Origin: an uncultured Chloroflexia bacterium | GTDB lineage: Bacteria; Chloroflexota; Limnocylindria; Limnocylindrales; CSP1-4 | Direction: 5' to 3' | Assembly: GCA_963772565.1 (NCBI GenBank) | Contig: CAVYXU010000064.1 | Span: forward strand, 2,666 to 66,665 | DNA: 64,000 bases | Shown here: piece after piece, positions 19,226 through 28,091 of the stretch | Layout of the letters: the number at the start of each line of letters is the position of its first letter | Numbering within the stretch: the stretch's first letter is position 1 | Program-made: the position numbers and the translations under genes | The notes under the pieces: model-generated | Told to the model about the DNA's origin: nothing | Database searches by the model: none | What the model saw: the letters and a program-made list of their open reading frames with translations, nothing else

Positions 19226-19687
19226 GTGAGCGTCGTCCATCGTCCCAAGAACCAGCTGATCCTGATCGCCGGCCTGGTCTGGTGTGCGGCTGGCGCGATG
19301 GTGTGCGTGATCGGGCTCCCCCTCGAGGTCACGCTCGCGCCGGAGCACCTGGTCCTGCTGCCGCTCGCGGTCGCGATCTTCCTCGCCTTCTACTACCTCG
19401 TCTTCTCGCGGCTCGTGCGCAGGCACACCAGCCGGATCCGCGCGCGGGAGGAGGAACGCCTGCCCTTCTGGCTCTTCTTCAACGCCTCGTCGTGGGCGGT
19501 GATGGCGGTGATGATGGCCGGTGGCATGGCACTGCGCCTCTCGCACATGATGCCGGACTGGATGATCGCGTTCTTCTACAGCGGGCTGGGCGTCGCGCTG
19601 TTCCTGTGCGGCGTCAGCTTCCTGGGCATCTTTGCCCGCAGGGAGGTGCTGGCGCTGGAGTCGGAGTTGCGCACCCGAGAGCGTTGA
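19226..19687 (+). CDS. hypothetical membrane protein (about 4 TM segments)
   Basis: GTG start inside track ORF 19130..19687. Hydrophobic stretches LILIAGLVWCAAGAMVCVIGL, LLPLAVAIFLAFYYLVF, SSWAVMAVMMAGGMAL, FFYSGLGVALFLCGVSFLGIF. Confidence 0.55.
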   Translation: MSVVHRPKNQLILIAGLVWCAAGAMVCVIGLPLEVTLAPEHLVLLPLAVAIFLAFYYLVFSRLVRRHTSRIRAREEERLPFWLFFNASSWAVMAVMMAGGMALRLSHMMPDWMIAFFYSGLGVALFLCGVSFLGIFARREVLALESELRTRER

Positions 19688-19795
19688 TCCGCGCGAGCGG
19701 CTGATGTGGCCCGAGTGAGTGCCATCTTCGCGACCACCCGGCCCTCGTTTCGCGAAAGATCGAACCATCCGGCACCCATGCCGGTCATCTAGGTT

Positions 19796-20371
19796 GTGAT
19801 CGGGATCAATGTCCAGGCAGAGGGCACCGGGGTGGATGACATCCGCGCCAAGCTGAGCGGGTCCGCCGACGACCGAGCGGACGCATTCACGGGCCTGCTC
19901 GACGACGCCCTCGACCGGAGCTTCCGGCTCGCCGCCGTGATCCTGGGCGATCGCGACGAAGCCGAGGATGCCGTGAGCGACGCGGCACTTCGCGCCTGGC
20001 AGCATGTCGCGTCACTCCGCGACCCGGAGAAGTTCCAGGCATGGTTCTCGCGGATCCTCGTCAACGTCTGCCGGGACCGGCTCCACCAGCGGCACCGTCC
20101 CTCGATCCTCGCCCATGCGACGCCTGACGTGGCCGATCCGTTCACCGCGTCCGTTGAGCGGGCCGCCCTTCGCGAGGCGCTGAGCGCGCTGACCCCCGAT
20201 CATCGGGCGGTCATCGCGCTCCACTACCTCGAGGGCATGACGGCCGAGCAGGTCGCGGCCCAGCTGGATATGCCGGTGGGCACCGTCAAGTCGCGGCTCC
20301 ACTACGGCCTGGGCGAGCTGCGAGCGGCGTATGACGCTGCGACGCGCGACCCCCTGGGAGCGATCCGATGA
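19796..20371 (+). CDS. ECF sigma-70 family factor
   Basis: RDEAEDAVSDAALRAW (region 2), HRAVIALHYLEGMTAEQVAAQLDMPVGTVKSRLHYGLGELR (region 4). The stop overlaps the next start. Confidence 0.8.
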   Translation: MIGINVQAEGTGVDDIRAKLSGSADDRADAFTGLLDDALDRSFRLAAVILGDRDEAEDAVSDAALRAWQHVASLRDPEKFQAWFSRILVNVCRDRLHQRHRPSILAHATPDVADPFTASVERAALREALSALTPDHRAVIALHYLEGMTAEQVAAQLDMPVGTVKSRLHYGLGELRAAYDAATRDPLGAIR

Positions 20372-21930
20372 CCGACGACCGTTTCGATCGCGACCTGACA
20401 GTCGTCCTGCGCGACATCGCGGGCGACGGGGCTCCCGCATCGCTGCGGTATCGCCTGCGCTCGATCACCGGTGCGCCCACCGCGCGCCGCCGGTCGTGGT
20501 TCGCTCCGCTGCTGCAGCTCTCGGCGGCTGCGCTCGCCATCGTTGCCGCCGTTGCGCTTGGCTGGACCTTCCTCCAGGGTCCGATCGTGGGCGTGAAACC
20601 GACGTCGTCGCCCGAGCCCACGTCCAGCGTGCCGGCGCCCACCTCAAGCCCGACCGACAGCCAGAGCCCGAGCGAGATCCCGAGCGAGTCGCCCCCGCCG
20701 ACGCAGCCGCCCAGCGGCTGGACGGGGCTCGAGTGGTCGGATCCGGTCGTGCCGGCGATCCAGGGTGGTCTCCGGATCGTGGACGTCGTTCCCTGGGGTG
20801 GCGCATACGTCGCCGTCGGCGAAACGGGTGTCACCGACCCGGAGCGCAACCTGAAGGGCGTGTTCCTCACCTCGCCGGACGGGCTCCGCTGGACGGTCGT
20901 CCAGACCGTCGATCTCGTGCGGTCGGGCGAGTGGATGACGCACGTGTTCGTGCTCAACGGGCGTCTGCTGGCCACGGCCGAGGGTGGCGGGGTGGATTGC
21001 CCGCCAGACACAACCTGTCCCCCGCCCGATTTCTCGCCGGAGCTGTGGACATCCGGCGACGGAACGCACTGGACGCCCGTGGACAGTCCAAGCTGGCATG
21101 CCGCGTGGTCGGATGCCGGTGCCCCCATGTTCATGGTCGCAGGCGACAGCGGCATCATCGCGGTCGGCTACAAGGGCCAGGGTGTGGGTGAGCCGGGCCA
21201 GAAGCCACCGCCCGCGGTCCCCGTCGTGTTCCACTCGGATGATGGTGTGGCCTGGGAGCAGGCCGACCTGTCGCAGGGCTTCGGCCGCGCCGTGTTCCGG
21301 GATGCCGTCGCGTTCGGCGGCGGGTTCGTCATCGTGGGGCGAGACGGTGAGCCGGATCGTGGAACCGAGGTCGTCGACCCAGCGAACCCTATCCCGCGAG
21401 GCGTCGGACGACCGGCGGCCTGGACGTCGTCGGACGGGCTCCTCTGGACCGTGGCCACCGTCGACGGGATCGAGATCGAAGGCGGTGAGCTGAGCGACGT
21501 GGAGGCAGGGGCTGACGGTCTGTTCGCGATCGGCGCGGGCTCCCCGGTCGCCGGCGACGCCACCCCGAGCGGCTGGGCCTCGGCCGACGGCCAGACCTGG
21601 CACGTCGTGGGCCGGTTGGGCGCTGAGCTGCCGGCCGTCGACCAGGTCGGCGACACCATGCTGACGTCCGACGGCCGGCACATCGTCGTCCTCGACCGCG
21701 AGGCGCCCGGCTCGGAAACGATGGCGGCCTGGGTCTCGACCGACGGCGTAACGTGGGCCGGGCTGTCGTTCACCGGGTCGTCGTCGCCCCCGAAGATCGG
21801 CCAGTACGGTCCGCAGGATGCGCAGGTCACCTACGTCACGGGTGCGACGGTGCTGCCCGACCGAATCGTGGTCTCCGGCTACGGCAACGACACGTATTCG
21901 CTGTGGCTGGCGACGGCGGTCACGCCCTGA
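20368..21930 (+). CDS. single-pass membrane protein with six Asp-box (BNR) repeats; putative cognate anti-sigma factor or sensor
   Basis: ATGA overlap with the sigma gene. TM segment WFAPLLQLSAAALAIVAAVALGW. Six SxDGxxW motifs: SPDGLRW, SGDGTHW, SDDGVAW, SSDGLLW, SADGQTW, STDGVTW. Confidence 0.7.
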   Translation: MTDDRFDRDLTVVLRDIAGDGAPASLRYRLRSITGAPTARRRSWFAPLLQLSAAALAIVAAVALGWTFLQGPIVGVKPTSSPEPTSSVPAPTSSPTDSQSPSEIPSESPPPTQPPSGWTGLEWSDPVVPAIQGGLRIVDVVPWGGAYVAVGETGVTDPERNLKGVFLTSPDGLRWTVVQTVDLVRSGEWMTHVFVLNGRLLATAEGGGVDCPPDTTCPPPDFSPELWTSGDGTHWTPVDSPSWHAAWSDAGAPMFMVAGDSGIIAVGYKGQGVGEPGQKPPPAVPVVFHSDDGVAWEQADLSQGFGRAVFRDAVAFGGGFVIVGRDGEPDRGTEVVDPANPIPRGVGRPAAWTSSDGLLWTVATVDGIEIEGGELSDVEAGADGLFAIGAGSPVAGDATPSGWASADGQTWHVVGRLGAELPAVDQVGDTMLTSDGRHIVVLDREAPGSETMAAWVSTDGVTWAGLSFTGSSSPPKIGQYGPQDAQVTYVTGATVLPDRIVVSGYGNDTYSLWLATAVTP

Positions 21931-21987
21931 TCCTGCGTCCCACGATCACGCCGAGGCGCCACCGCCAGGCGTGCGACGATCAGCACC

Positions 21988-22890
21988 ATGCGCCGCCTCC
22001 TCGTCGTCGACTTCGCCAACATCGCCCACCGCGCGTACTTCGCGGGACGCGCGAATCCGTCGTTCGCGCCTGACGGCCGCCCGGTGTTCCTGGTGCGCAC
22101 GTTCCTGCGCTTCGTGCTCGCGCGGATCCGCGAGGAGCAGGTCACGCACGTCGCGCTTGCGTTCGAGAGCACCACCGGCTCGAGGCGCCGAGAGCGCTAT
22201 GCCGACTACAAGCCGCGCAAGGCGGAGGAGCCCGATGACCTCGCGGCACAGCTGCGAGATGCGAACATCGCAGCGGGCCGCATGGGCTGGGCGCGCTATC
22301 GCGCCGAGGGCTGGGAGGCCGACGACGCGATGGCGGGGATCGCGGACGCCGCCGTCGCCTCAGGCTTTGACGAGATCCTGCTCCACACCGGTGACCACGA
22401 CCTGCTGGGGATGGTCGCCGACCGGGTGGCGGTGCTGATCCCCCGGACGGGTGGTGGGGTCGACAGGTTCGGGCCGTCCGACGTCGAGGAACGGAGCCCG
22501 TACCGCGTGCCGCCGGCGCGCGTGGCGGACGTCAAGGCGCTCATCGGTGACGCGACGGACGGCTACGGCGGCGTGCGGGGCATCGGGCCGTCGGTCGGGC
22601 CTGACCTGGTTCGACAGTTCGGCTCGATTGCCACCATCTACGAGCGGATCGAGGAGGTCGAGGCGACGGGCGTGCGCAACCGGCTGCTGGCCGGGCGCGA
22701 AGATGCGTTGAGATGCCTCGACCTTGCGACGCTGCGTCGTGACGCGCCACTCACGCCGGCATTCGATCCAGATGCCGGTCGTGTGGGCGCGCATGACCGA
22801 GCGCGCGCGTCCTCGTGGCTTGCGGCGAGGGGCCTGTCCGACATGTTGCGGCTCGCTGACTCGATCGACGAGACGACTGTCGACCCGTGA
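21988..22890 (+). CDS. 5'-3' exonuclease / flap endonuclease (PolI N-terminal-like)
   Basis: MRRLLVVDFANIAHRAYFA..., ...YKPRKAEEPDDLAAQL..., ...GWEADDAMAGIA..., ...GDHDLLGMV..., H3TH-like LIGDATDGYGGVRGIGP. Confidence 0.85.
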   Translation: MRRLLVVDFANIAHRAYFAGRANPSFAPDGRPVFLVRTFLRFVLARIREEQVTHVALAFESTTGSRRRERYADYKPRKAEEPDDLAAQLRDANIAAGRMGWARYRAEGWEADDAMAGIADAAVASGFDEILLHTGDHDLLGMVADRVAVLIPRTGGGVDRFGPSDVEERSPYRVPPARVADVKALIGDATDGYGGVRGIGPSVGPDLVRQFGSIATIYERIEEVEATGVRNRLLAGREDALRCLDLATLRRDAPLTPAFDPDAGRVGAHDRARASSWLAARGLSDMLRLADSIDETTVDP

Positions 22891-23189
22891 GGTACTCCGT
22901 GTTCACCCCGCTCACGGTCGGCGACGCAGCGGAGTCCCCGGTCGGCCCTTTGGCGGCCGCCCGCGCGTCGGGCTGAGACGAAGCTGCCGCTGCGGCGTCG
23001 AGACGCGCGACGAGCGACCGCGCCCCGAGCTCCTCGAGGATCGCACGGCCCTCCGGGATCAACCGGGCGCCGGGCGATTCTGGCGCGTCCATGCACCACA
23101 ACATCAGGCCGATCACGCGGCTGTCAGGACGGATGCAAGGTCACCGCGCGACGATCGCGCGATGAAGAAGCCCGAATCGGCAGCTCGGC

Positions 23190-23726
23190 GTGGTGCTTGC
23201 CGCCGCCATTGCCCTTGTGGCGATCTCCATCCCGGTGCTTGCGGCATCGCCGTCGCCGTCCACGGATCCGGACAGTTCGGCCAAGCCTGAGAAGTCGGCG
23301 AAGCCTGAGAAGTCGGCGAAGCCGGACAAGAGTCCCGAGGTCGCGATCACGCTTAAGGGCACCGTCCAGAGCTCGACGGATGCCAACGGTCGCCCGACAT
23401 TCACGATGACCGTGGACGGAAAGACCTGGTCGATCTCGGCGGGCCCGCCCTGGTTCTGGGGCGACAACAACCCGCTGGCCGCCTTCGTCGGCAAGTCCGT
23501 GACGGTCGCCGGAACGACGCGGACCGGTGACACCGAGGTCGACGTCGAAACGGTTGACGGGAAGGCGCTTCGCGCGGCGGGAAAGCCACCTTGGGCAGGC
23601 GGCCCGTGGGTTGTCGGCCCCACCCACCCGGGCTGGAAGTCCTGGATGGCCGGCGGCAAGCCCGGTAACGGCCACGGCCGAGACACCGCACCCGGGCAGC
23701 TCAAGAAGGCGACCCCGACCTCCTGA
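23190..23726 (+). CDS. secreted hypothetical protein with SAKPEK repeats
   Basis: The GTG start gives VLAAAIALVAISIPVLAASPSPS (hydrophobic core and AxA site). Three 18-bp repeats at about 23280..23333 encode SAKPEK SAKPEK SAKPDK. A better n-region (MKKP) lies upstream in another frame; see findings. Confidence 0.6.
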   Translation: MVLAAAIALVAISIPVLAASPSPSTDPDSSAKPEKSAKPEKSAKPDKSPEVAITLKGTVQSSTDANGRPTFTMTVDGKTWSISAGPPWFWGDNNPLAAFVGKSVTVAGTTRTGDTEVDVETVDGKALRAAGKPPWAGGPWVVGPTHPGWKSWMAGGKPGNGHGRDTAPGQLKKATPTS

Positions 23727-23769
23727 CGCGGCCACGCCCGGCGGGGGCGTCAGGCCCTGACGCCGCCCC

Positions 23770-23836
23770 CGGCGGCGGGCATCACGCCCCGGCGGCGGGC
23801 ATCACGCCCCGGCGGCGGGCATCACGCCCCGGCGGC
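23770..23836. repeat. 20-bp tandem repeat x3.3 (cggcggcgggcatcacgccc) at the 3' end of the minus-strand gene
   Basis: Identical units at 23770, 23790 and 23810, plus a partial fourth. The last full unit contains the stop codon of CDS 23822..24832. Confidence 0.85.
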
Positions 23837-24832
23837 ATCCTCCCGATGATGGGTCGCGGCCACCGCGCCGAGATCGGCTGCATCGATCGCGTCCGCGCTG
23901 GTCTTCGCCGCCCGGACCCGGGTGATCGCGCGCAGCGTCGCCGTGCGAATCCCGCCCTCGCGGGCAGCCCGCTCCCCCACCACGGCGCCCGGACCGATCT
24001 CGGCCACCTCGTTGCCGTCGACCTCGACCACCAGGATCCCGTCCAGGACGAGGTAGACGTCGACCGCCATCTCGCCCTGCGTGATCAGGGCGTCGCCGGC
24101 CTCCACGGTCCGGATCTCGGGCTTCGCCCCGCCGTGCATGATCGTCGCCGACACGCGCCGCTCCATGGCGGTCTCGACCGCGCTCACGACGGCCGGCGAG
24201 TCGTAGGTGCCCCACGGCGTCTGGTCGCCGAACGAGTCGTTGAACCACTTCTTGAAGTCGACCAGGCCGGACTTCTGGACCAGCTCGCCCGCGTCGTCGT
24301 ACACCCAGTGCCGGGGGAACGGGCTGGCTCCCACGAGGCCCCGGCTGGCGGTCCCGTCGGCGTTGATCGTCAACTCGAGGGTTGACCAGGCGATCGACGG
24401 CCAGAACTGCACGAACGGCTTGCGCGCCACCGGACGCGGCGTCGGCAGCCCCATTCGCCCGCCGACGGTCTGGACGAAGCGCACGGATGTCGGCCCGATC
24501 TCCGGATCATGCTGGATGTCAGGCAGGTGCACCGCCGGGAAGCGAATGGCCGCCGGGCCCATGCGCACCGTCGTGGCGCCGATGTGGCCCTGACCCAGGT
24601 ACCCCTGGTCCACGATCCGGCCATCCTCGACCTCGATGAACGCCCGAAGCTCGTTCGCCTCGCGGAACCGGTCGGTCCGGCGCAGGTCCTCGAGATCCTC
24701 GATCCGCTCGGGCGGCGGCTCGTCGTAGTGGGTGATCCCGAGCTCGAACGGGATCTTCGGGGCGCCTGCGATGGCGTCTGAGGGGATCCAGGACACGGCC
24801 GTGACGCTGGATTCCAATCGGTTTCGGGTCAT
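23822..24832 (-). CDS. cyclic-nucleotide-binding domain protein with an uncharacterised ~240-aa N-terminal domain
   Basis: Internal start MTRNRLESSVTAVSWIP... The C-terminal part, TVEAGDALITQGEMAVDVYLVLDGILVVEVDGNEVAEIGPGAVVGERAAREGGIRTATLRA, matches the cNMP-binding beta-roll (G-E..., R-T-A). Confidence 0.75.
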   Translation of the reverse strand: MTRNRLESSVTAVSWIPSDAIAGAPKIPFELGITHYDEPPPERIEDLEDLRRTDRFREANELRAFIEVEDGRIVDQGYLGQGHIGATTVRMGPAAIRFPAVHLPDIQHDPEIGPTSVRFVQTVGGRMGLPTPRPVARKPFVQFWPSIAWSTLELTINADGTASRGLVGASPFPRHWVYDDAGELVQKSGLVDFKKWFNDSFGDQTPWGTYDSPAVVSAVETAMERRVSATIMHGGAKPEIRTVEAGDALITQGEMAVDVYLVLDGILVVEVDGNEVAEIGPGAVVGERAAREGGIRTATLRAITRVRAAKTSADAIDAADLGAVAATHHREDAAGA

Positions 24833-24999
24833 GGAGATGCACCTGTGTGGGGGACCCCGGCCGGCACAGCATGACCGGAGTCGCGGATCGGTGTCATGTG
24901 ACCGGTGTCCCGATCCGACCGTACGGCTCAGCAGGGGCCGTCCGCGGCGGCTCGGTTCGACGCGTCCTCGCGGACGCATCCGTCGCGTAAGATCCGGCA

Positions 25000-25758
25000 A
25001 TGGGCTTCGACGTCCCCGCCCAGGCCTACGAGAGGTACATGGGTGCGTGGTCGCGCCCGCTGTCGAGCCAGCTCGCCCAGCTGGCCGGCATCGACCGCGG
25101 CCAACGCGTTCTTGACGTCGGCTGCGGGACAGGCGCGCTGACCGCCGAGCTCGTGGCCCGGCTCGAGGCGCGATCCGTGGCCGCCGTTGATCCATCCAAG
25201 TCGTTCGTGGCTGCGGTCCGCGAGCAACTTCCGGGCGTTGACGTGCGACTGGGACGGGCTGAATTGCTCCCGTTCGGCGACGGCAGCTTCGACGCCGTGC
25301 TTGCCCAGCTGGTCGTCCATTTCATGGCCGAGCCGATCGTCGGCTTGCGGGAGATGGCGCGCGTGACCCGTGCCGGCGGCGTTGTTGCAGCCTGCGTCTG
25401 GGACTACGCGGGGGGCCGCGGCCCGTTGGGACCCTTCTGGGAGGCCGCGCGCGAGGTCGACCCTGACGTCGAGGATGAATCGGCCCTCCCCGGCGCGCGC
25501 CAGGGCCATCTCGCGGAGCTCCTGGACGCGGCCGGCCTCCGGGCCGTCGAAGAATTGGTCCTGGAAGTCAGCCGGTCGTTCGGCGGCTTCGATGACTGGT
25601 GGGCGCCGTTCACGCAGGGCGTCGGGCCGGGCGGCGCGTACGCTGCCGCCCTCTCCCCATCGCGGCAATCCCAGGTGCGCGACCGATGCCGATCGATGCT
25701 GCCCGCCGGCCCGTTCGCGCTCTCTGCCCGGGCATGGGCCGCCCGCGGGACCGTGTAG
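25000..25758 (+). CDS. class I SAM-dependent methyltransferase
   Basis: RVLDVGCGTGALT motif I and FDAVLAQLVVHF. Confidence 0.85.
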   Translation: MGFDVPAQAYERYMGAWSRPLSSQLAQLAGIDRGQRVLDVGCGTGALTAELVARLEARSVAAVDPSKSFVAAVREQLPGVDVRLGRAELLPFGDGSFDAVLAQLVVHFMAEPIVGLREMARVTRAGGVVAACVWDYAGGRGPLGPFWEAAREVDPDVEDESALPGARQGHLAELLDAAGLRAVEELVLEVSRSFGGFDDWWAPFTQGVGPGGAYAAALSPSRQSQVRDRCRSMLPAGPFALSARAWAARGTV

Positions 25759-25907
25759 CGCAGCACGGTCCGCCAACGCCGGGCACATCGGCACCCGGGA
25801 CCAGTGCCTTGCGTACTTGCGCAACCACGCAACGTGCCCATAACCTGATCTTGCGTGACCTTCCCCCGGCTACCGCGCGAGGCGCGCCGCCAACGAGGAC
25901 CTACACC

Positions 25908-26306
25908 ATGGAGATGACCATCGACTTCCCCGGAGGCGCCCGGGTCGACGCGCACTTCGGCGGCTTTGTCGTGCCGACGGACCAGCCGCCCGGCGGCGGC
26001 GGCGAGAGCTCGGCTCCGACGCCGTTTGCCACGTTCCTGTCGACGATCGGAACCTGCGCCGGGATCTACGTGCTCGGCTTCTGCCGCCAGCGGGGCATTT
26101 CCGCCGAGGGCATCCGCCTTGTCCAGAGGATGCAGGTCGACCCTGCGACCCACCTCGTGAGCGACGTCCAGGTCACCATCGAGCTACCGGCGGGGTTTCC
26201 CGAGAAGTATGCCGATGCCGTGGTCCGTTCCGCCGAGCAATGCGCGGTCAAGAAGCACTTCGAGCGCCCGCCGGTCATCCGAGTCGACAGCGTCATCGCC
26301 AGCTGA
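25908..26306 (+). CDS. OsmC-family protein
   Basis: Internal start MEMTIDFPGGARVDAHFGGF...; ...PTPFATFLSTIGTCAGIYV...; ...SAEQCAVKKHF (two conserved Cys). Confidence 0.8.
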   Translation: MEMTIDFPGGARVDAHFGGFVVPTDQPPGGGGESSAPTPFATFLSTIGTCAGIYVLGFCRQRGISAEGIRLVQRMQVDPATHLVSDVQVTIELPAGFPEKYADAVVRSAEQCAVKKHFERPPVIRVDSVIAS

Positions 26307-26357
26307 CCTCGATCGGACCGGGCCACGCATCGGGTCCGCCTCACCGGCGCCGGACAG

Positions 26358-27548
26358 CTAGATCCAGCCGCGCCTGCGGAACCACAGGAGCATCCCGCCC
26401 GCGAGCACGACGCAGACGAGCCAGAACAGCGGGTATGCGATCGGTGAGCGGTTCTCCGGGATCGGCATGTTCATGCCGTAGACACCAGCGAGGAACGTGA
26501 GCGGGATGAAGATCGTGCCGATGATCGTGAGCACCTTGACCACGTCGTTGGTCCTGTTCGAGACGACGGACACGTAGGTCTCGGCAAGTCCGCTCGCGAT
26601 CTCCCGGTAGGACTCCACGAGGTCGATGATCTGGGCGCAGTGGTCGTGGACGTCGCGAAGGTAGGTCTGCGCCGTCTCGGACAGCCCCTCGTGCGAGTCG
26701 CGCTGGAGCTGCGCGATCATGTCGCGCATCGGCCAGGCCGAGCGCCGGACATGCAGCAGCTCGCGCTTGATCCGATGGATCTCCTCGAGCGTCCGGTGGG
26801 TCGGATTCTCGAGGACCTCCTCCTCGAGGTCCGTCAGCCGCTCCGAGTACCCCTCGAGGACCGGGTAGTAGCGGTCGACGATCCCGTCGAGCAGCGTGTA
26901 CAGGAGGAAGCTCGCATCGTTCGTGCGCAGACGTGAGCCCGCCGTCCGGATCCGCTGCCGGACCGCCTCGAGGTCGTCGCGCCGTACGTCCTGGAACGTC
27001 AGCAGGGTGGTGCGCCCGAGGAACAGGCTCACCTGGTCACTCAGGAGCCGGCCGCCCCGCTCGTTGACGGTGCGGGCGACGACGAACAACCGGCCGGGCA
27101 ACCCTTCGGACCCCGGATAGTCCTCGGCCTTGGCGCGCTCCAGCGGCTGGAGCATGTCCTCGATCGCCAGCGGGTGGATCTGATACTTCTCTGCGAGCGC
27201 TCGGACGACCCCGAGATCCGAGATGCCGTCGACGTTGATCCAGCGCACGTGCGACCAGGCCGGGCGGTGGTCCGCCAGGAACGCGGGCATGTCCTCGATC
27301 TCCCGGATCTCGACCTCGTCCGCCGAGTAGTCGCAGCAGGTGACCGTCGAGGGCGTCGATGGGCTTGCCTCGACCGCCAGCGCGGCCAGTTCGGCCACCT
27401 CGATCCCGCCCGCCGTCCCGGCCGGCGGCATCCTGACGTGCGGCATGGCAACGATGCCGCGCGCGGCGCGGGCGACGAGGTCCCGGACGAGACGCACCGG
27501 CCCGTCGGAGCCGGGACTGCCTGGCGTCGGTGTGCTGGGATCGGTCAT
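26358..27548 (-). CDS. corA: CorA-type magnesium/cobalt transporter
   Basis: C-terminal ...FIPLTFLAGVYGMNMPIPE... (YGMN motif) followed by a final TM segment. Confidence 0.9.
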   Translation of the reverse strand: MTDPSTPTPGSPGSDGPVRLVRDLVARAARGIVAMPHVRMPPAGTAGGIEVAELAALAVEASPSTPSTVTCCDYSADEVEIREIEDMPAFLADHRPAWSHVRWINVDGISDLGVVRALAEKYQIHPLAIEDMLQPLERAKAEDYPGSEGLPGRLFVVARTVNERGGRLLSDQVSLFLGRTTLLTFQDVRRDDLEAVRQRIRTAGSRLRTNDASFLLYTLLDGIVDRYYPVLEGYSERLTDLEEEVLENPTHRTLEEIHRIKRELLHVRRSAWPMRDMIAQLQRDSHEGLSETAQTYLRDVHDHCAQIIDLVESYREIASGLAETYVSVVSNRTNDVVKVLTIIGTIFIPLTFLAGVYGMNMPIPENRSPIAYPLFWLVCVVLAGGMLLWFRRRGWI

Positions 27549-27725
27549 TGTGGGTGCCCTGGGGTTGCGGCGAGGACGTCGAACGCGACCGTTGGCACTC
27601 TAGCAGTGGGGCCTTCGGACGGGGTGTCAGGGTGACTTCCCGGAGCCGCCGTTGTCCATCTGGTCGTGCGCCATTCGTAGGGAGGTGAGAGGCTGGGCTG
27701 GCCAGCCGTCACGAGGTGCATCCCC

Positions 27726-28088
27726 ATGCCGCGATACCTGCTGTCCATCCACACCGTCGAGGGCGAAGCCCGCGCGCCGATGAGCGAGGAGGAGATGCAG
27801 CGATCCTGGCAGGAGATCCAGGCCATCGAGGCCGACATGCAGTCGACCGGCACCTGGGTCTTCTCCGGTCGCCTCCACGACGCCGACACCGCCACGGTCG
27901 TGCGAGCCTCCCAGGGCGAGGTGCTGATCACCGACGGCCCGTTCGTCGAGGCAAAGGAGCACCTCGGCGGGTTCTACATCATCGACGCCGCCGACCTCGA
28001 CGCGGCCCTCGGCTGGGCGACGCGGGTCACCCACGCGACATCCCGGCCGATCGAGGTGTGGCCATTCGCGGACACGGCCGGCGGCTGA
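27726..28088 (+). CDS. YciI-family (DGPF) protein
   Basis: ITDGPFVEAKEHLGGFYIIDAADLDAALGWA. It lies immediately upstream of an ECF sigma gene, which is a common pairing. Confidence 0.85.
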   Translation: MPRYLLSIHTVEGEARAPMSEEEMQRSWQEIQAIEADMQSTGTWVFSGRLHDADTATVVRASQGEVLITDGPFVEAKEHLGGFYIIDAADLDAALGWATRVTHATSRPIEVWPFADTAGG

Positions 28089-28091
28089 GCG

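Noticed and set aside
22900-23116. Minus-strand ORF 22751..23116 containing ...PEGRAILEELGARSLVARLDAAAA
   Set aside because: This resembles only the last ~25 residues of TPR/LuxR-type regulators. It has no credible start or N-terminal body and runs into the exonuclease gene on the other strand. At best it is a gene remnant, so I did not call it.
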